A stretch of 61,388 nucleotides of DNA. It comes from an uncultured Chitinophagaceae bacterium. GTDB lineage: Bacteria; Bacteroidota; Ignavibacteria; UBA10030; UBA8401. Shown piece by piece: positions 30,736-40,659 of this stretch. Position numbers and translations under genes: made by a program. Under the pieces are notes generated by a model that made no database searches, was not told the DNA's origin, and saw only the letters and a program-made list of their open reading frames with translations. The stretch is from assembly GCA_964361075.1 (NCBI GenBank), contig CAYHZL010000002.1, forward strand, positions 1-61,388, given 5' to 3'. Each line of letters starts with the position of its first letter. Within the stretch, counting starts at the first letter, position 1.

Positions 30736-31959
30736 ATGAAAGATGTACCCACCTCATTTGAAATAAATGTTCCACTGTATAAACTCGATCTCATTAAAAC
30801 GTGCCTCTATGCATATTACACCGGACGTTTGAAAGATCCCGATATTGAAATTATCTGTATGTACACTTCAGATAAACCCCCTGAAGCAAAGCCAAAACAA
30901 ATAACTGTAACAAAAGGAGTGGGAGATGGATTTTACCGCGTAGAGAATTGGTTTATTTTCGTTACAATCAGATACAAAGGATTACTCTACCAACTTTCAA
31001 CAAGTAGTTTTCTTGAACAAGATATTCGTGCATTATACAATAAGGTGTATGTGGTAGGTTTTCAACCTGAAGCATGTGAAGCATCAGCATTAATGGAAAA
31101 GATTGTTGCGGATGCTTTACAAAATTCATCTTACAAAAATGCGATGCTTCAACTGGGGCAAAACTCTAACTTAACAACGATGGAATTTGCAGAAAGTATT
31201 TTCCCGGAGCCGTTTGAGTTAGAGACGACATCGCTTGATGAAATATTTCTCCCTGAATCACTGATGAATTATATACAATTATTTATTCAGTCAGTACAGA
31301 ATTTTGATCAGCATAAACAAACAATGCGCTATTTATTTTCGGGAAGACCGGGAACAGCAAAAACAAAACTTGTCCGCGCTATTGCAAACCAATGCAGAGG
31401 AAAGGCAACTTTTATTTTTACCAATGGAAGTGAAGGACGTATTCATCAATTGTTCTCGTTTTCAAAAGCCTTTACTCCGTGCGTTGTGTGCATTGATGAT
31501 ATTGATTTCGTTACAGGTTCGCGTAAATACGAACTCTTCACTCCAACACTTGCACAATTTTTACAAGAATTGGATGGCTTCGATCAGAATAATGTCTTTG
31601 TTTTGGCTACAACAAATGATAAACAGCTTGTGGATGCTGCTGCAAGCCGTCCGGGACGCTTTGATATGATTCTTGATATTGATGTGATTGAACCGAGCCA
31701 CTATACAAAACTGTTAGAAAGTAAAACTCAGAACATGAATGTTTTAAAACTATTTACACCATCAATTCTTACAACACTGAAATCAAAATTTGTTGCCGGA
31801 GCGTTTATTGCTAACCTTGTGAAGCATCTTGAACTGATGGAAAAATGTAATTCAGCGCAGATGACGGAAGGATACCTTTCAACGCTGATTGATGACACTT
31901 ACAGAGGATTTTATAAAGAGCCGAAAAAAACAAATGGAGAAGTAGGCTTTTCGAATTAG
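30736..31959 (+). CDS. AAA+ ATPase (classical clade) with an uncharacterised N-terminal domain
   Basis: Variant Walker A GRPGTAKT, Walker B CIDDID, LQELDGF, LATTN...D.AASRPGRFD, C-terminal VGF. Confidence 0.88.
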   Translation: MKDVPTSFEINVPLYKLDLIKTCLYAYYTGRLKDPDIEIICMYTSDKPPEAKPKQITVTKGVGDGFYRVENWFIFVTIRYKGLLYQLSTSSFLEQDIRALYNKVYVVGFQPEACEASALMEKIVADALQNSSYKNAMLQLGQNSNLTTMEFAESIFPEPFELETTSLDEIFLPESLMNYIQLFIQSVQNFDQHKQTMRYLFSGRPGTAKTKLVRAIANQCRGKATFIFTNGSEGRIHQLFSFSKAFTPCVVCIDDIDFVTGSRKYELFTPTLAQFLQELDGFDQNNVFVLATTNDKQLVDAAASRPGRFDMILDIDVIEPSHYTKLLESKTQNMNVLKLFTPSILTTLKSKFVAGAFIANLVKHLELMEKCNSAQMTEGYLSTLIDDTYRGFYKEPKKTNGEVGFSN

Positions 31960-32006
31960 CTCTTGCCTGTGCAAGGCATTATACTTACTTTCCTGCGGGA
32001 ACACTT

Positions 32007-33497
32007 ATGCCCTTACAACCATTCTTTCAACTTTCTAAATCTTCTTTTATTCGCGGATTGCAGTGTGAGAAATCTCTGTACCTTCACACGCATCACAAAG
32101 AACTTCGCAATCCGGATGATCCGAACAAGCAGAGAATATTTGCGCGTGGGACTGAAGTCGGTGAACTTGCCCGCGAATTATTTCCCGGCGGTATGAATGC
32201 AGCATACGGTAAAGATTTTAGTGTAAGTGCAAATCTCAAAAGAACAAAGGAATTGCTCGAAGCCGATGTTCCGATAATTTATGAAGCGGCATTTGTTTTT
32301 AACGGAGTATTGGCAATTGCCGATATTGCCGTTAGGAAAGGGAAAAAATGGAGCGTCTATGAAGTAAAAAGTTCTTCTGAAGTTAAAGATGTGCATGTCA
32401 ACGATGCTGCTATCCAATATTATGTTCTTAACGGTGCGGGTTTTTCCATTCGTGATGTTTCGATCGTTACACTCAGTAAAGCATATATTCGCCACGGTGA
32501 ATTGGAAATACAAAAACTCTTTCACATCCAATCTGTGCTAAAAGAAGTGAAGAATCTTCAGCGTCCCATCCCTGAAACCGTTGAGCGATTCAAAAAAGTT
32601 CTTGCCGCTAAATCAATGCCTCCAATTGATATTGGTATTCATTGCTCTCAGCCGTACGACTGCGACTTTTCCAATTTCTGCTGGAAGCACATTCCTGATG
32701 ATTCTGTTTTTGATATTGCCGGCATTAGAAAGACAAAAGCATTCGATCTTTACATGCGCGGTATAGTAAAAATTAATGATATACCGGAGAAAGAAAAATT
32801 TTCTGAATCGCAAATAATTCAGATTAACTGTGCAAAGAAAAATATTGCTGTTATTGAGACATCAGTCATTCAGCAATTTCTTCGTTCTCTTCACTATCCA
32901 CTCTACTTTATGGATTTTGAATCGTTTATGCCCGCAGTGCCGATGTATGATAACTCCCGTCCGTATCAGCAGATTGTGTTTCAGTATTCGCTCCATTGCC
33001 AAGGAAAGCCGAACGGTAAACTGCTTCATTGTGAATTTTTAGCTGATGCTAAAAATGACCCGCGGGAAGAGTTTATAAAACATTTGCTGAACGATACGAA
33101 GAAGGAGGGAGATATTTTAGTATACAACAATAGTTTTGAAGGGCCACGCTTGAAAGAATTGGCAAGAGATTTCCCGCAATACAAAAAAGAACTTGAGGAA
33201 CGAATCTCTCGCATTAAAGATTTAATGGTTCCGTTCCGGCAAAAGGCATTGTATCACCCGCAGCTAAAGGGTTCATACTCCATAAAAAATGTTCTTCCCG
33301 TTCTTGCTCCCGAATTCAGTTACGACCATTTACCGATTAACCACGGCGGACCTGCTATGAGCGCTTACGAACAACTGTTGCAAGAAACCGATATGAAAAA
33401 GGTACTAGAACTGAGGAATGATTTGCTTGCCTACTGCAAAATGGATACTTTGGCAATGGTGAAAGTGGTGGAGGGGTTAAAAATAATAATAAAATGA
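32007..33497 (+). CDS. DUF2779 protein: Cas4-like PD-(D/E)XK/Fe-S domain plus a DEDD/RNase H-like exonuclease domain
   Basis: LSKS...GLQC, ADI...EVKSS, HC.....C.....CW, MDFES, VYN, GSYSIKNVLP, YCKMDT. Confidence 0.85.
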   Translation: MPLQPFFQLSKSSFIRGLQCEKSLYLHTHHKELRNPDDPNKQRIFARGTEVGELARELFPGGMNAAYGKDFSVSANLKRTKELLEADVPIIYEAAFVFNGVLAIADIAVRKGKKWSVYEVKSSSEVKDVHVNDAAIQYYVLNGAGFSIRDVSIVTLSKAYIRHGELEIQKLFHIQSVLKEVKNLQRPIPETVERFKKVLAAKSMPPIDIGIHCSQPYDCDFSNFCWKHIPDDSVFDIAGIRKTKAFDLYMRGIVKINDIPEKEKFSESQIIQINCAKKNIAVIETSVIQQFLRSLHYPLYFMDFESFMPAVPMYDNSRPYQQIVFQYSLHCQGKPNGKLLHCEFLADAKNDPREEFIKHLLNDTKKEGDILVYNNSFEGPRLKELARDFPQYKKELEERISRIKDLMVPFRQKALYHPQLKGSYSIKNVLPVLAPEFSYDHLPINHGGPAMSAYEQLLQETDMKKVLELRNDLLAYCKMDTLAMVKVVEGLKIIIK

Positions 33498-33519
33498 AAA
33501 TATTCGATAGGAACATTCT

Positions 33520-33810
33520 ATGAGGAAATACAAGAATATATTTTATTACTATCGAGGAGCGCGCTTACGAGAGTTAGCAAAAGATTTTCCGCAATACAAG
33601 ATTGAGATTGAAGAACGAATCTCGCGGATACAAGATTTGATGATTCCATTCCGTGAGAAAGCATATTACGACCCGGCGATGAATGGTTCGCACTCGATAA
33701 AATATGTATTGCCCGCGCTTGTGCCTGAGTTGAGTTACAACACCCTGCCGATTAACAACGGCGGCTTGGCAATGGTGAGAGCAGTGGAAGTGTTGGAAAA
33801 AATAGTATGA
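33520..33810 (+). pseudogene. Chimeric remnant: 13 codons of the downstream nuclease start fused to a diverged DUF2779 C-terminus
   Basis: MRKYKNIFYYYRG (cf. 33834 MRKYKNIFYYFRG) followed by ARLRELAKDFPQYK...GSHSIKYVLP (cf. PRLKELARDFPQYK...GSYSIKNVLP). Confidence 0.85.
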
Positions 33811-33833
33811 AAAGATTTAATAGAGGAAATCAC

Positions 33834-35303
33834 ATGCGAAAGTACAAGAATATATTTTATTATTTTCGGGGACCATCGAGTGACAAAAATATTGATAAGC
33901 AAATTGAAAATAATACTACAAAAGCATTTATCAACACTTTAGAGAATTTGTCAATCAATAACGCAATAAAACTATTAGAACAGATACTTGGTTTAGAATT
34001 ACCTGAAACAAAACAATTAAAGTTTAGCTTGCAAGCCATTCCTTTGGATGTCAATAGTCAAAAATTAAAGCGAGCTTTGGTTTTGTTACCGCCATTTGGA
34101 ATGGAATCTACAAATGAAAGAAAAAATGATGTAATACAAGGGCGACCGGATGGTTGGATATTTAGTGACAAATTTGTCATACTAATAGAAACAAAGACAA
34201 ATTTACAATCCTATAATAAAAACCAAATGTTGGATCACTTTAAGAATAATAGAATTGGGTGGGATGTAAATGAAACAATTTGTGAATGTCATTTTGATGC
34301 AATTTATAAATTATTAGAAGAATTCTATCGACAAATACAACTAGATGATAAAAGGGCAAATGCTAAAGAACTATTCCTGATACAATCTTTGATCACTTAT
34401 TTGGAGGAAATAGGAATGAATGATTTTGAAGGTTTCAATAACCGACATTTTTTCTCCCTAAATGCGCTTAATTCAGATTCATCTTCAGAGTTTGAAGATT
34501 TTCTATTCGATGAAGAATATCTTAAAAGATACTTTGGGTTGTTTACGAAAAAAGTTAAGGAGAAATTGCAGTTTGAATGTGTTGATAATATTTACTCATT
34601 TGATAGCGAGAAGAAAAGGTTTTATAACCATTTTTGTCCAACACAAGAAAACAAACATAATCTCAATATTAACACAAGTTTTTTATCATCAGGATTGCGA
34701 ATTAATATATGGTTGCCATTGTATAAGGGTAATGATAATAAACAAAAATCAGAACTTGGGAAAATAAAACAAAGTTTACTACTCGAAACCATTGACAAAT
34801 ATAAAACAACTAAAAAATTCCTTGCTGACTCATTTTATGATGTCTTCAAAAACTTGGATTATACATATTCACTAAGCCTCGAAGCGGTTCAATATTGGAG
34901 ATTTAAGGGTAGCGATAAAGGTTCTCAAAGAATGCAAAAGAAGAACTCAACTTCTATCGTTAATATAAGCTTGGGTTCAGAACTTGTTATTGACAAAAAG
35001 GGTAAAGAATTCATTTTTAACCGTGACAAAGAGGTTTATGATACTTCAACCACTAATGAGACTTATCTAAATGTTAGTGAAGTACAATTAGATGCTTTCT
35101 TTAATGTGTTTAATAATATAATGTGGCAAGAAAAAATTCAAACAAATGATTCCCTTTCAAATTTGAAACAATTTCAATTAATAATTGCGAAAGAATTACC
35201 CACATCTTATTTAATTCCATTATCACCCGAACAGCAAATTGATTTGGTCGCAAATATAATTTTAGATATGAAAAAGATTATTGTCAAAATAAATTCGTTA
35301 TAA
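33834..35303 (+). CDS. PD-(D/E)XK-like nuclease with an unknown C-terminal region
   Basis: ENNTTKAF; GRPDGWI...IETKT...Q motif; very AT-rich. Confidence 0.7.
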   Translation: MRKYKNIFYYFRGPSSDKNIDKQIENNTTKAFINTLENLSINNAIKLLEQILGLELPETKQLKFSLQAIPLDVNSQKLKRALVLLPPFGMESTNERKNDVIQGRPDGWIFSDKFVILIETKTNLQSYNKNQMLDHFKNNRIGWDVNETICECHFDAIYKLLEEFYRQIQLDDKRANAKELFLIQSLITYLEEIGMNDFEGFNNRHFFSLNALNSDSSSEFEDFLFDEEYLKRYFGLFTKKVKEKLQFECVDNIYSFDSEKKRFYNHFCPTQENKHNLNINTSFLSSGLRINIWLPLYKGNDNKQKSELGKIKQSLLLETIDKYKTTKKFLADSFYDVFKNLDYTYSLSLEAVQYWRFKGSDKGSQRMQKKNSTSIVNISLGSELVIDKKGKEFIFNRDKEVYDTSTTNETYLNVSEVQLDAFFNVFNNIMWQEKIQTNDSLSNLKQFQLIIAKELPTSYLIPLSPEQQIDLVANIILDMKKIIVKINSL

Positions 35304-35329
35304 ACCAATTAATTTTTTGGAAAGATATT

Positions 35330-35712
35330 ATGCACAAACTCGAACAACAAAAAATACCGCTAACGTGTCCATTCTGTAAAAAAGAATATGAGTGTAGTAG
35401 TGTATGATATTTACAATAAAACGTGTAGCAAAATGTTCATCTTGCGGTACTGAAGTTCGTTTTACTTCCTCCGCTGCGAATGCTTTACAAACTAATATTA
35501 ATGAGACAATTCAATGGGAGAAACGTGCCGAAGAAGCAATGAAAATAATGGAATCAGCAAAAAAATTAATGGACGAAGCAAAACGAAATTATGACAACGG
35601 CAAACAGAAATTTGATGAATCCAAAAATGGTTTACAAAAATTGGTATCAAAATTGGATACTTTGCTTAAAACCATAATTAATACTGCTGAAATTGTGCCA
35701 AAGAAAAAATAA
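35330..35712 (+). pseudogene. Zinc-ribbon + coiled-coil protein, apparently split
   Basis: Upstream 25-codon frame MHKLEQQKIPLTCPFCKK (35330-35407) and ORF 35404-35712 with CSSC supply one CxxC each. Confidence 0.45.
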
Positions 35713-35779
35713 TTATCATCCACTGATACGATTTTTTCACACATAGCGTGTATCTTGTAGTAACATTATACAACACGCT

Positions 35780-36256
35780 ATGCAAACCAAATCACTCACA
35801 CAATTTACTCAATCCGAATTACAAACCGTTCTTACTCTGCATAACCAGTTAAAAGAAATAGAAATCTTTCTGGTGAACGAGCAACGGAGATTAAAAGAAC
35901 AGATAGAACCGCGCGTACATCACGGTCTTTCCGACTACGAACTCGAAATTAAAGTAACATACTTTTTGCGGGAAGACGATCCATCATACTCCGATGAAAC
36001 CGATACTATGGTTGCCGAATATGTTTCTCCTTTCAAACACAATCCTTTAAGCGAAGAAGATTTTGGCGTAGGAAGCCAGACCGACCACAACGACAAAGCA
36101 GAATGGAGCAGAGCATTTCCTGATACCAACATGTGCTGGCTCTTTCATGATTTGGAAGATCATCACAGTCTGAAATGGAGCGATCTTCTTCGCATTGGAG
36201 AAATATGGGTTGAGGTAATACCGATATTGCAGGTGTTTTATAATGTTAGCGAGTAA
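35780..36256 (+). CDS. Hypothetical protein
   Basis: 158-aa acidic ORF with CWLFHDL..HH; family not recognised. Confidence 0.6.
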   Translation: MQTKSLTQFTQSELQTVLTLHNQLKEIEIFLVNEQRRLKEQIEPRVHHGLSDYELEIKVTYFLREDDPSYSDETDTMVAEYVSPFKHNPLSEEDFGVGSQTDHNDKAEWSRAFPDTNMCWLFHDLEDHHSLKWSDLLRIGEIWVEVIPILQVFYNVSE

Positions 36257-36274
36257 CTTCTGGTAAATAATTAC

Positions 36275-36423
36275 TAACTGATGGTATGCAGAGAATAAAT
36301 TTTTCAAGAAAAAGTTTATATCTAATTGAAATAAATGTAGGCACGGATGGGAATCCGTGCCATGTTGTAAGTTAGGAACGGTCTTCCGACCGTTCCTACT
36401 TCTTGTTTGTGTAACATCAGTTA
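36275..36423. mobile_element. MITE-like element (TAACTGATG-type ends) carrying a GTAG-type REP doublet
   Basis: Ends at 36275-36287 and 36411-36423; GTAGGCACGGA..TCCGTGCC and GGAACGGTC..GACCGTTCCTAC. Confidence 0.7.
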
Positions 36424-36447
36424 CTAAAATATTTTTGGTGAGAAAAC

Positions 36448-37077
36448 ATGTTCCCACATCTTCAACACGATTTAGTCAAATCAAACCCCGGCGATTATTT
36501 TGAAGCCGGAGAACCGCCCACCTATCATCAGATACCACTTCCGCCAAATGTAGAAATTCTTTACGTCGCTCAAACCATTTACGATATGGCATACACCAAA
36601 AACGTCTGCGGTTATATTACAGACGATGCGATTAATTACTTTATAGATGAGCGAGGGAACATAGAAATTGATGCATCAAAGGAATTTATCTTTCTTGCTG
36701 AACGAGGCATCAAAGCATTCACACATCCCACGCCGCTCGGCATATTCAGTTTTCTTCAAGAACAGTGCGATAAAGGATTGTTCATCAGTGAAGGCTCTGC
36801 ATATTACATCGAAAAAACTCCGGCAACATACCAACTCTGCGTAGAGCTTGGTGATATTTGGGGAGAGAACGAGTTCTATGAATCCATCGAAGAAATAATG
36901 AAGAGCAATGATACGAGTGAACTTGATTCTATTCTATCATTGCTGATGAAAGAATATGAAAAAAGAAAATATGGTTCAGCGTCTTCAGTGTGGGATTATA
37001 TCAACAAGAATAAGGATACAATTCTGGAAGAGAAACTATTTTTAGAGACAGAGAAATTTATTGTAGAAGAAAAATAA
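36448..37077 (+). CDS. Hypothetical protein
   Basis: 209-aa acidic ORF; family not recognised. Confidence 0.6.
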   Translation: MFPHLQHDLVKSNPGDYFEAGEPPTYHQIPLPPNVEILYVAQTIYDMAYTKNVCGYITDDAINYFIDERGNIEIDASKEFIFLAERGIKAFTHPTPLGIFSFLQEQCDKGLFISEGSAYYIEKTPATYQLCVELGDIWGENEFYESIEEIMKSNDTSELDSILSLLMKEYEKRKYGSASSVWDYINKNKDTILEEKLFLETEKFIVEEK

Positions 37078-37265
37078 AAAAGGGCGGAATTTTATCCGCC
37101 CCTACAAGATGTCTATGTTGTGTAGTTCGTGCCTTGATTAGTACCGTCTATTTAACGATTGGTACCGATAGAAAAACCACAGCTACCACCGTCTGAACCA
37201 TTAGTGCCGATTGAAAAACCACTTGCACCTTTCTCTATTCCTTGCTACCTTTTGAAAACAATACA

Positions 37266-37442
37266 TGAGTCCACTCTAAAAAGGCGTTTACCGTCATTGC
37301 GAGGAGCGAAGAGACGAAGTCCCGCCGTACGGGATGCCGTACAGCGGCACAATCTTTTGGAACCAGCTTAAATTCAAGAGATTGCTTCTCTGCGGCGGAT
37401 CGCAATGACATCACTTAAGAGAACCTTTTTAGAGCAGACTCA
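37266..37442. mobile_element. MITE-like element (17/19 inverted repeat TGAGTC..CTCTAAAAAGG) carrying a GTCATTGCGAG REP with a nested palindrome
   Basis: Ends at 37266-37284 and 37424-37442. Confidence 0.7.
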
Positions 37443-37463
37443 TACATGTATAGGGCAATTATT

Positions 37464-37703
37464 ATGAGCACAATAGACATCCAAAAAAAAGCAAAATATA
37501 TCAATACGTTTGACGGCAAACATACAGAAGTTATTTTGCCTTTTGAAGTATTCGAAGAACTGCTTGCTCTAAAAACTAGTATGGAAATATTTAAACGTGA
37601 AGAAACGCAACACAGCATAAAAAAAGCGCAAAAGAATATTGTTGATAAAAAAACACGCTCTTTTACTAAAGCCGGAGATGCAATTCGATGGCTCAAGAAA
37701 TAG
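37464..37703 (+). CDS. Putative antitoxin
   Basis: Small ORF (VILP.E.FEELL...AIRWL) overlapping the downstream RelE-like gene. Confidence 0.7.
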   Translation: MSTIDIQKKAKYINTFDGKHTEVILPFEVFEELLALKTSMEIFKREETQHSIKKAQKNIVDKKTRSFTKAGDAIRWLKK

Positions 37704-37957
37704 AGATTGTACTTACGGAAGAATTGAAGGAAGCGTATCAAAAACTGCCGAGTGCAATTCAAAAGAAATTTGAGAAACAATTACGAATACTTGCTGATAA
37801 TCCCCGCCATCCCTCTTTAAAAATACATCGTTTAAATGGTGAATGGGAATTTTACATTGATATTCATTATCGTTGTTTTTTTTATCGTGAACATAGCAGA
37901 TATATTTTATTGACTGTAGGCAACCACAAGATTGTCGATAGATATAAAAAGCGTTGA
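37688..37957 (+). CDS. RelE/ParE superfamily toxin
   Basis: AYQKLP..IQKK...NPRHPSLKIHRL...YRC...VGNH. Confidence 0.8.
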   Translation: MAQEIEIVLTEELKEAYQKLPSAIQKKFEKQLRILADNPRHPSLKIHRLNGEWEFYIDIHYRCFFYREHSRYILLTVGNHKIVDRYKKR

Positions 37958-38059
37958 ATATAAACCTCTGGATCGCTAATGTGTGAAAGAGGTTTTTTGT
38001 TTAAGGAACTAATATCTTTACTTTAATCAGTCCATTAGTAATAAATTTCAACTCCGCAA

Positions 38060-38896
38060 ATGAATAAATTTCGAATCCCTACAATGTTTCCGATAAAAAT
38101 CATCTTCTTTTTTTTCATCTTTATTAGCTTCGTTATTGCCCAACAATCACAATGGCAACGAGGCATTGGCACGGCTGCCGGAACAGACATCGAAGCAATT
38201 CGAATGAAGGCGCTCAACAATGCGCGTGCTGATGCGTTATCAAAAGCAGGTATCACCATTAAAGCCGGTGATGCTCGATTGGTTTCTGAATCAAAAAATA
38301 ACTTTACCGACTTCTATTCTAAGTTTGCGGAATCTTCCACCAGAGGGATTATCCTTGAAGAAAAAATTATTCGTGAGGGAGAATTAAAAAAAGTGAAGGG
38401 AACGACATACGAAATTGAAATCGAGATCGAAGCGAAAGTAGCGATACAACAAGGGGAACCAGATCCAACCTTTACGGTGAAGTGTGAATCTTCAAAACAA
38501 ATTGTAAAAGAAAACGAAGCGTTCACTCTTACTGTCACTTCAACGAAAGCCGGATATTTAACGATCTTTAATGTGTTTCAAGATTCATTGTCGGTGGTGT
38601 TTCCTAATTCGATTGATAAGAAAAATTCGATTGAAGCAAACAAACAATTTGTCTTTCCACCGCACAAAGCATACGAGCTTGCAATGGCATTACCGGAAGG
38701 GAAAACTTCTTCTTCTGAAATGTTCATTGCGGTTGTAACAGTAGAGAATATTCCATTCCCAAATCCTGAGCAGATTACATTTGTCAACGGCGCAGTTGGT
38801 TTGCGAAGTGAGCAGTTAAATGTGTATGCACAATGGTTGTATAAAATTAATTTGAACAAACGAAGTTCCGACCAAATACCAATGGCAGTAAAGTAA
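38060..38896 (+). CDS. Secreted DUF4384 domain protein
   Basis: Signal peptide; GYLTIFNV...VVFPN...FVFP...E.FIAV pattern. Confidence 0.75.
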   Translation: MNKFRIPTMFPIKIIFFFFIFISFVIAQQSQWQRGIGTAAGTDIEAIRMKALNNARADALSKAGITIKAGDARLVSESKNNFTDFYSKFAESSTRGIILEEKIIREGELKKVKGTTYEIEIEIEAKVAIQQGEPDPTFTVKCESSKQIVKENEAFTLTVTSTKAGYLTIFNVFQDSLSVVFPNSIDKKNSIEANKQFVFPPHKAYELAMALPEGKTSSSEMFIAVVTVENIPFPNPEQITFVNGAVGLRSEQLNVYAQWLYKINLNKRSSDQIPMAVK

Positions 38897-38918
38897 TTAT
38901 ATTGTTAGGAGTACGACA

Positions 38919-39779
38919 ATGCGTTTTATTTTTATTTTATTCGTTTTCACAACCACTTTTGTTTACCCACAAATAAGCAATGTGCGGCAGACAACTGAAA
39001 AAGATCGTATTATTATTACATTCGATCTTGGCGGTAGTGCGGATGATTTTTACACTATTAACGTAACTGCTACAAATAATGAAGGAAAAATTATTTCGCC
39101 GCGTGCAATTGTCGGAGATATTAAAGCAGTAACGCCCGGAAAAGATCGAAGTATTTGGTGGGAAACTCAACTTGAAGGACTGACGTCTGCGGGATGGAAG
39201 ATAAACCTTACAGCAAAAAAAGGTATTGGCATAAATTGGGTATTTGTTAAAGGTGGTCCCAATGGAGATTTTTCTATTTCTGCAACAGAGGTAACTTTTG
39301 AGCAGTTTGATTCATTTTGTATCGAAACAGGATATAAAAGACCATCTGAAAATTTTGGCAGAGGGAAACAGCCGGTAATAAATATAAATGTTGCCGATGC
39401 ACAAGCTTTTTGTAATTGGTTGAGCAAAGAAATCGGAATAACCGTGCGTTTACCGGAAGAAAACGAATGGGAATTTGCGGCGAGTGGCGGCAATAAGAGC
39501 AAAGGATATGAATACAGTGGCAGCAATACTGTTGATGAAGTTGCATGGTATTATAACAATTCGGGAAGCAAAACTCACGAAGTTGCGACCAAGAGGGCGA
39601 ACGAACTTGGCATTTATGATATGAGCGGAAATGTGTGGGAGTGGTGTGGAACATCCGGCACTATTCGCGGCGGCTCTTGGTACCTCGGCGACAATAGTTG
39701 TCAAGTATCCAACCGCAACGCTTTCGATCCAGGATCCCGTCTCCGCAGCCTCGGTTTCCGTGTTCTCCGGAAGGGGTAA
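38919..39779 (+). CDS. Secreted FGE-sulfatase/SUMF1 (C-type-lectin-fold) protein, copy 1
   Basis: TEVT, RLPEENEWEFAA, NELGIYDMSGNVWEW, RGGSW...GFR. Confidence 0.92.
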   Translation: MRFIFILFVFTTTFVYPQISNVRQTTEKDRIIITFDLGGSADDFYTINVTATNNEGKIISPRAIVGDIKAVTPGKDRSIWWETQLEGLTSAGWKINLTAKKGIGINWVFVKGGPNGDFSISATEVTFEQFDSFCIETGYKRPSENFGRGKQPVININVADAQAFCNWLSKEIGITVRLPEENEWEFAASGGNKSKGYEYSGSNTVDEVAWYYNNSGSKTHEVATKRANELGIYDMSGNVWEWCGTSGTIRGGSWYLGDNSCQVSNRNAFDPGSRLRSLGFRVLRKG

Positions 39780-39801
39780 CTGTTAGAAAATAAATGGAGC
39801 T

Positions 39802-40659
39802 ATGATGCGTTTCTTTTTTTTCTATTTTGTTTTCACATCTCTTCTTCATGCGCAAATAAGTATTGTGCGACAGACGATAGAGAATAACCGCATAATTATT
39901 ACATACGATTTGAGTGGGAGCGATAAAGGCGTTTACGACATTAAAGTAACCGCGACAAATGAGAGTGGTGAAATTATAACGCCGCGTGCAATTGTTGGCG
40001 ATATTAATGCAATAACGCCCGGAAAAGATCGAAGTATTTGGTGGGAAACTCAACTCGAAGGACTGACGTCTGCGGGATGGAAAATAAACCTTACAGCAAA
40101 AAAAGGTATTGGCATAAATTGGGTATTTGTTGAAGGTGGTCCCAATGGAGATTTTTATATGTCGACGACAGAAGTAACATTTGACCAGTTCGATGCATTT
40201 TGTATTGCAACTGGATATAAAAGACCAAATGCAAACTTTGGTAGAGGGAAACAACCGGTCGTCAACGTGAATGTTGCTGATGCAGTTGCTTTTTGTAATT
40301 GGTTGAGCAAAGAAATCGGAATAACCGTGCGTTTACCGGAAGAAAGTGAATGGGTATATGCAGCACAGGGAGGCAATAAGAGCAATAAATATTTATACAG
40401 TGGCAGTAATTCCATTGATGAGGTTGCGTGGTATGGTGGTAATTCAGGCAATAAGGCGCACGAAGTAGCAACAAAAAAATCAAATGAACTTGGTATCTAT
40501 GATATGAGTGGCAATGTATGGGAGTGGTGCGGAACCTCAGGTGCACTTCGCGGCGGATCGGGGTATTACGATTATGGCTGTCGGGTATCTGCCCGCAGCG
40601 ATAACTCTCCTAATGACCGCTATTACAGCTACGGATTTCGTGTTCTCCGGAAGTGGTAA
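39802..40659 (+). CDS. Secreted FGE-sulfatase/SUMF1 protein, copy 2
   Basis: Paralog of copy 1 with the same motifs. Confidence 0.92.
   Translation: MMRFFFFYFVFTSLLHAQISIVRQTIENNRIIITYDLSGSDKGVYDIKVTATNESGEIITPRAIVGDINAITPGKDRSIWWETQLEGLTSAGWKINLTAKKGIGINWVFVEGGPNGDFYMSTTEVTFDQFDAFCIATGYKRPNANFGRGKQPVVNVNVADAVAFCNWLSKEIGITVRLPEESEWVYAAQGGNKSNKYLYSGSNSIDEVAWYGGNSGNKAHEVATKKSNELGIYDMSGNVWEWCGTSGALRGGSGYYDYGCRVSARSDNSPNDRYYSYGFRVLRKW

Noticed and set aside
37159-37371. 70-aa ORF with a VPIEKP repeat
   Set aside because: Only two degenerate 42-nt units and it runs into a MITE; no support for coding.
35300-38030. Integron cassette array
   Set aside because: No integron integrase and no consistent attC (RYYYAAC...GTTRRRY) sites recognised between the ORFs.
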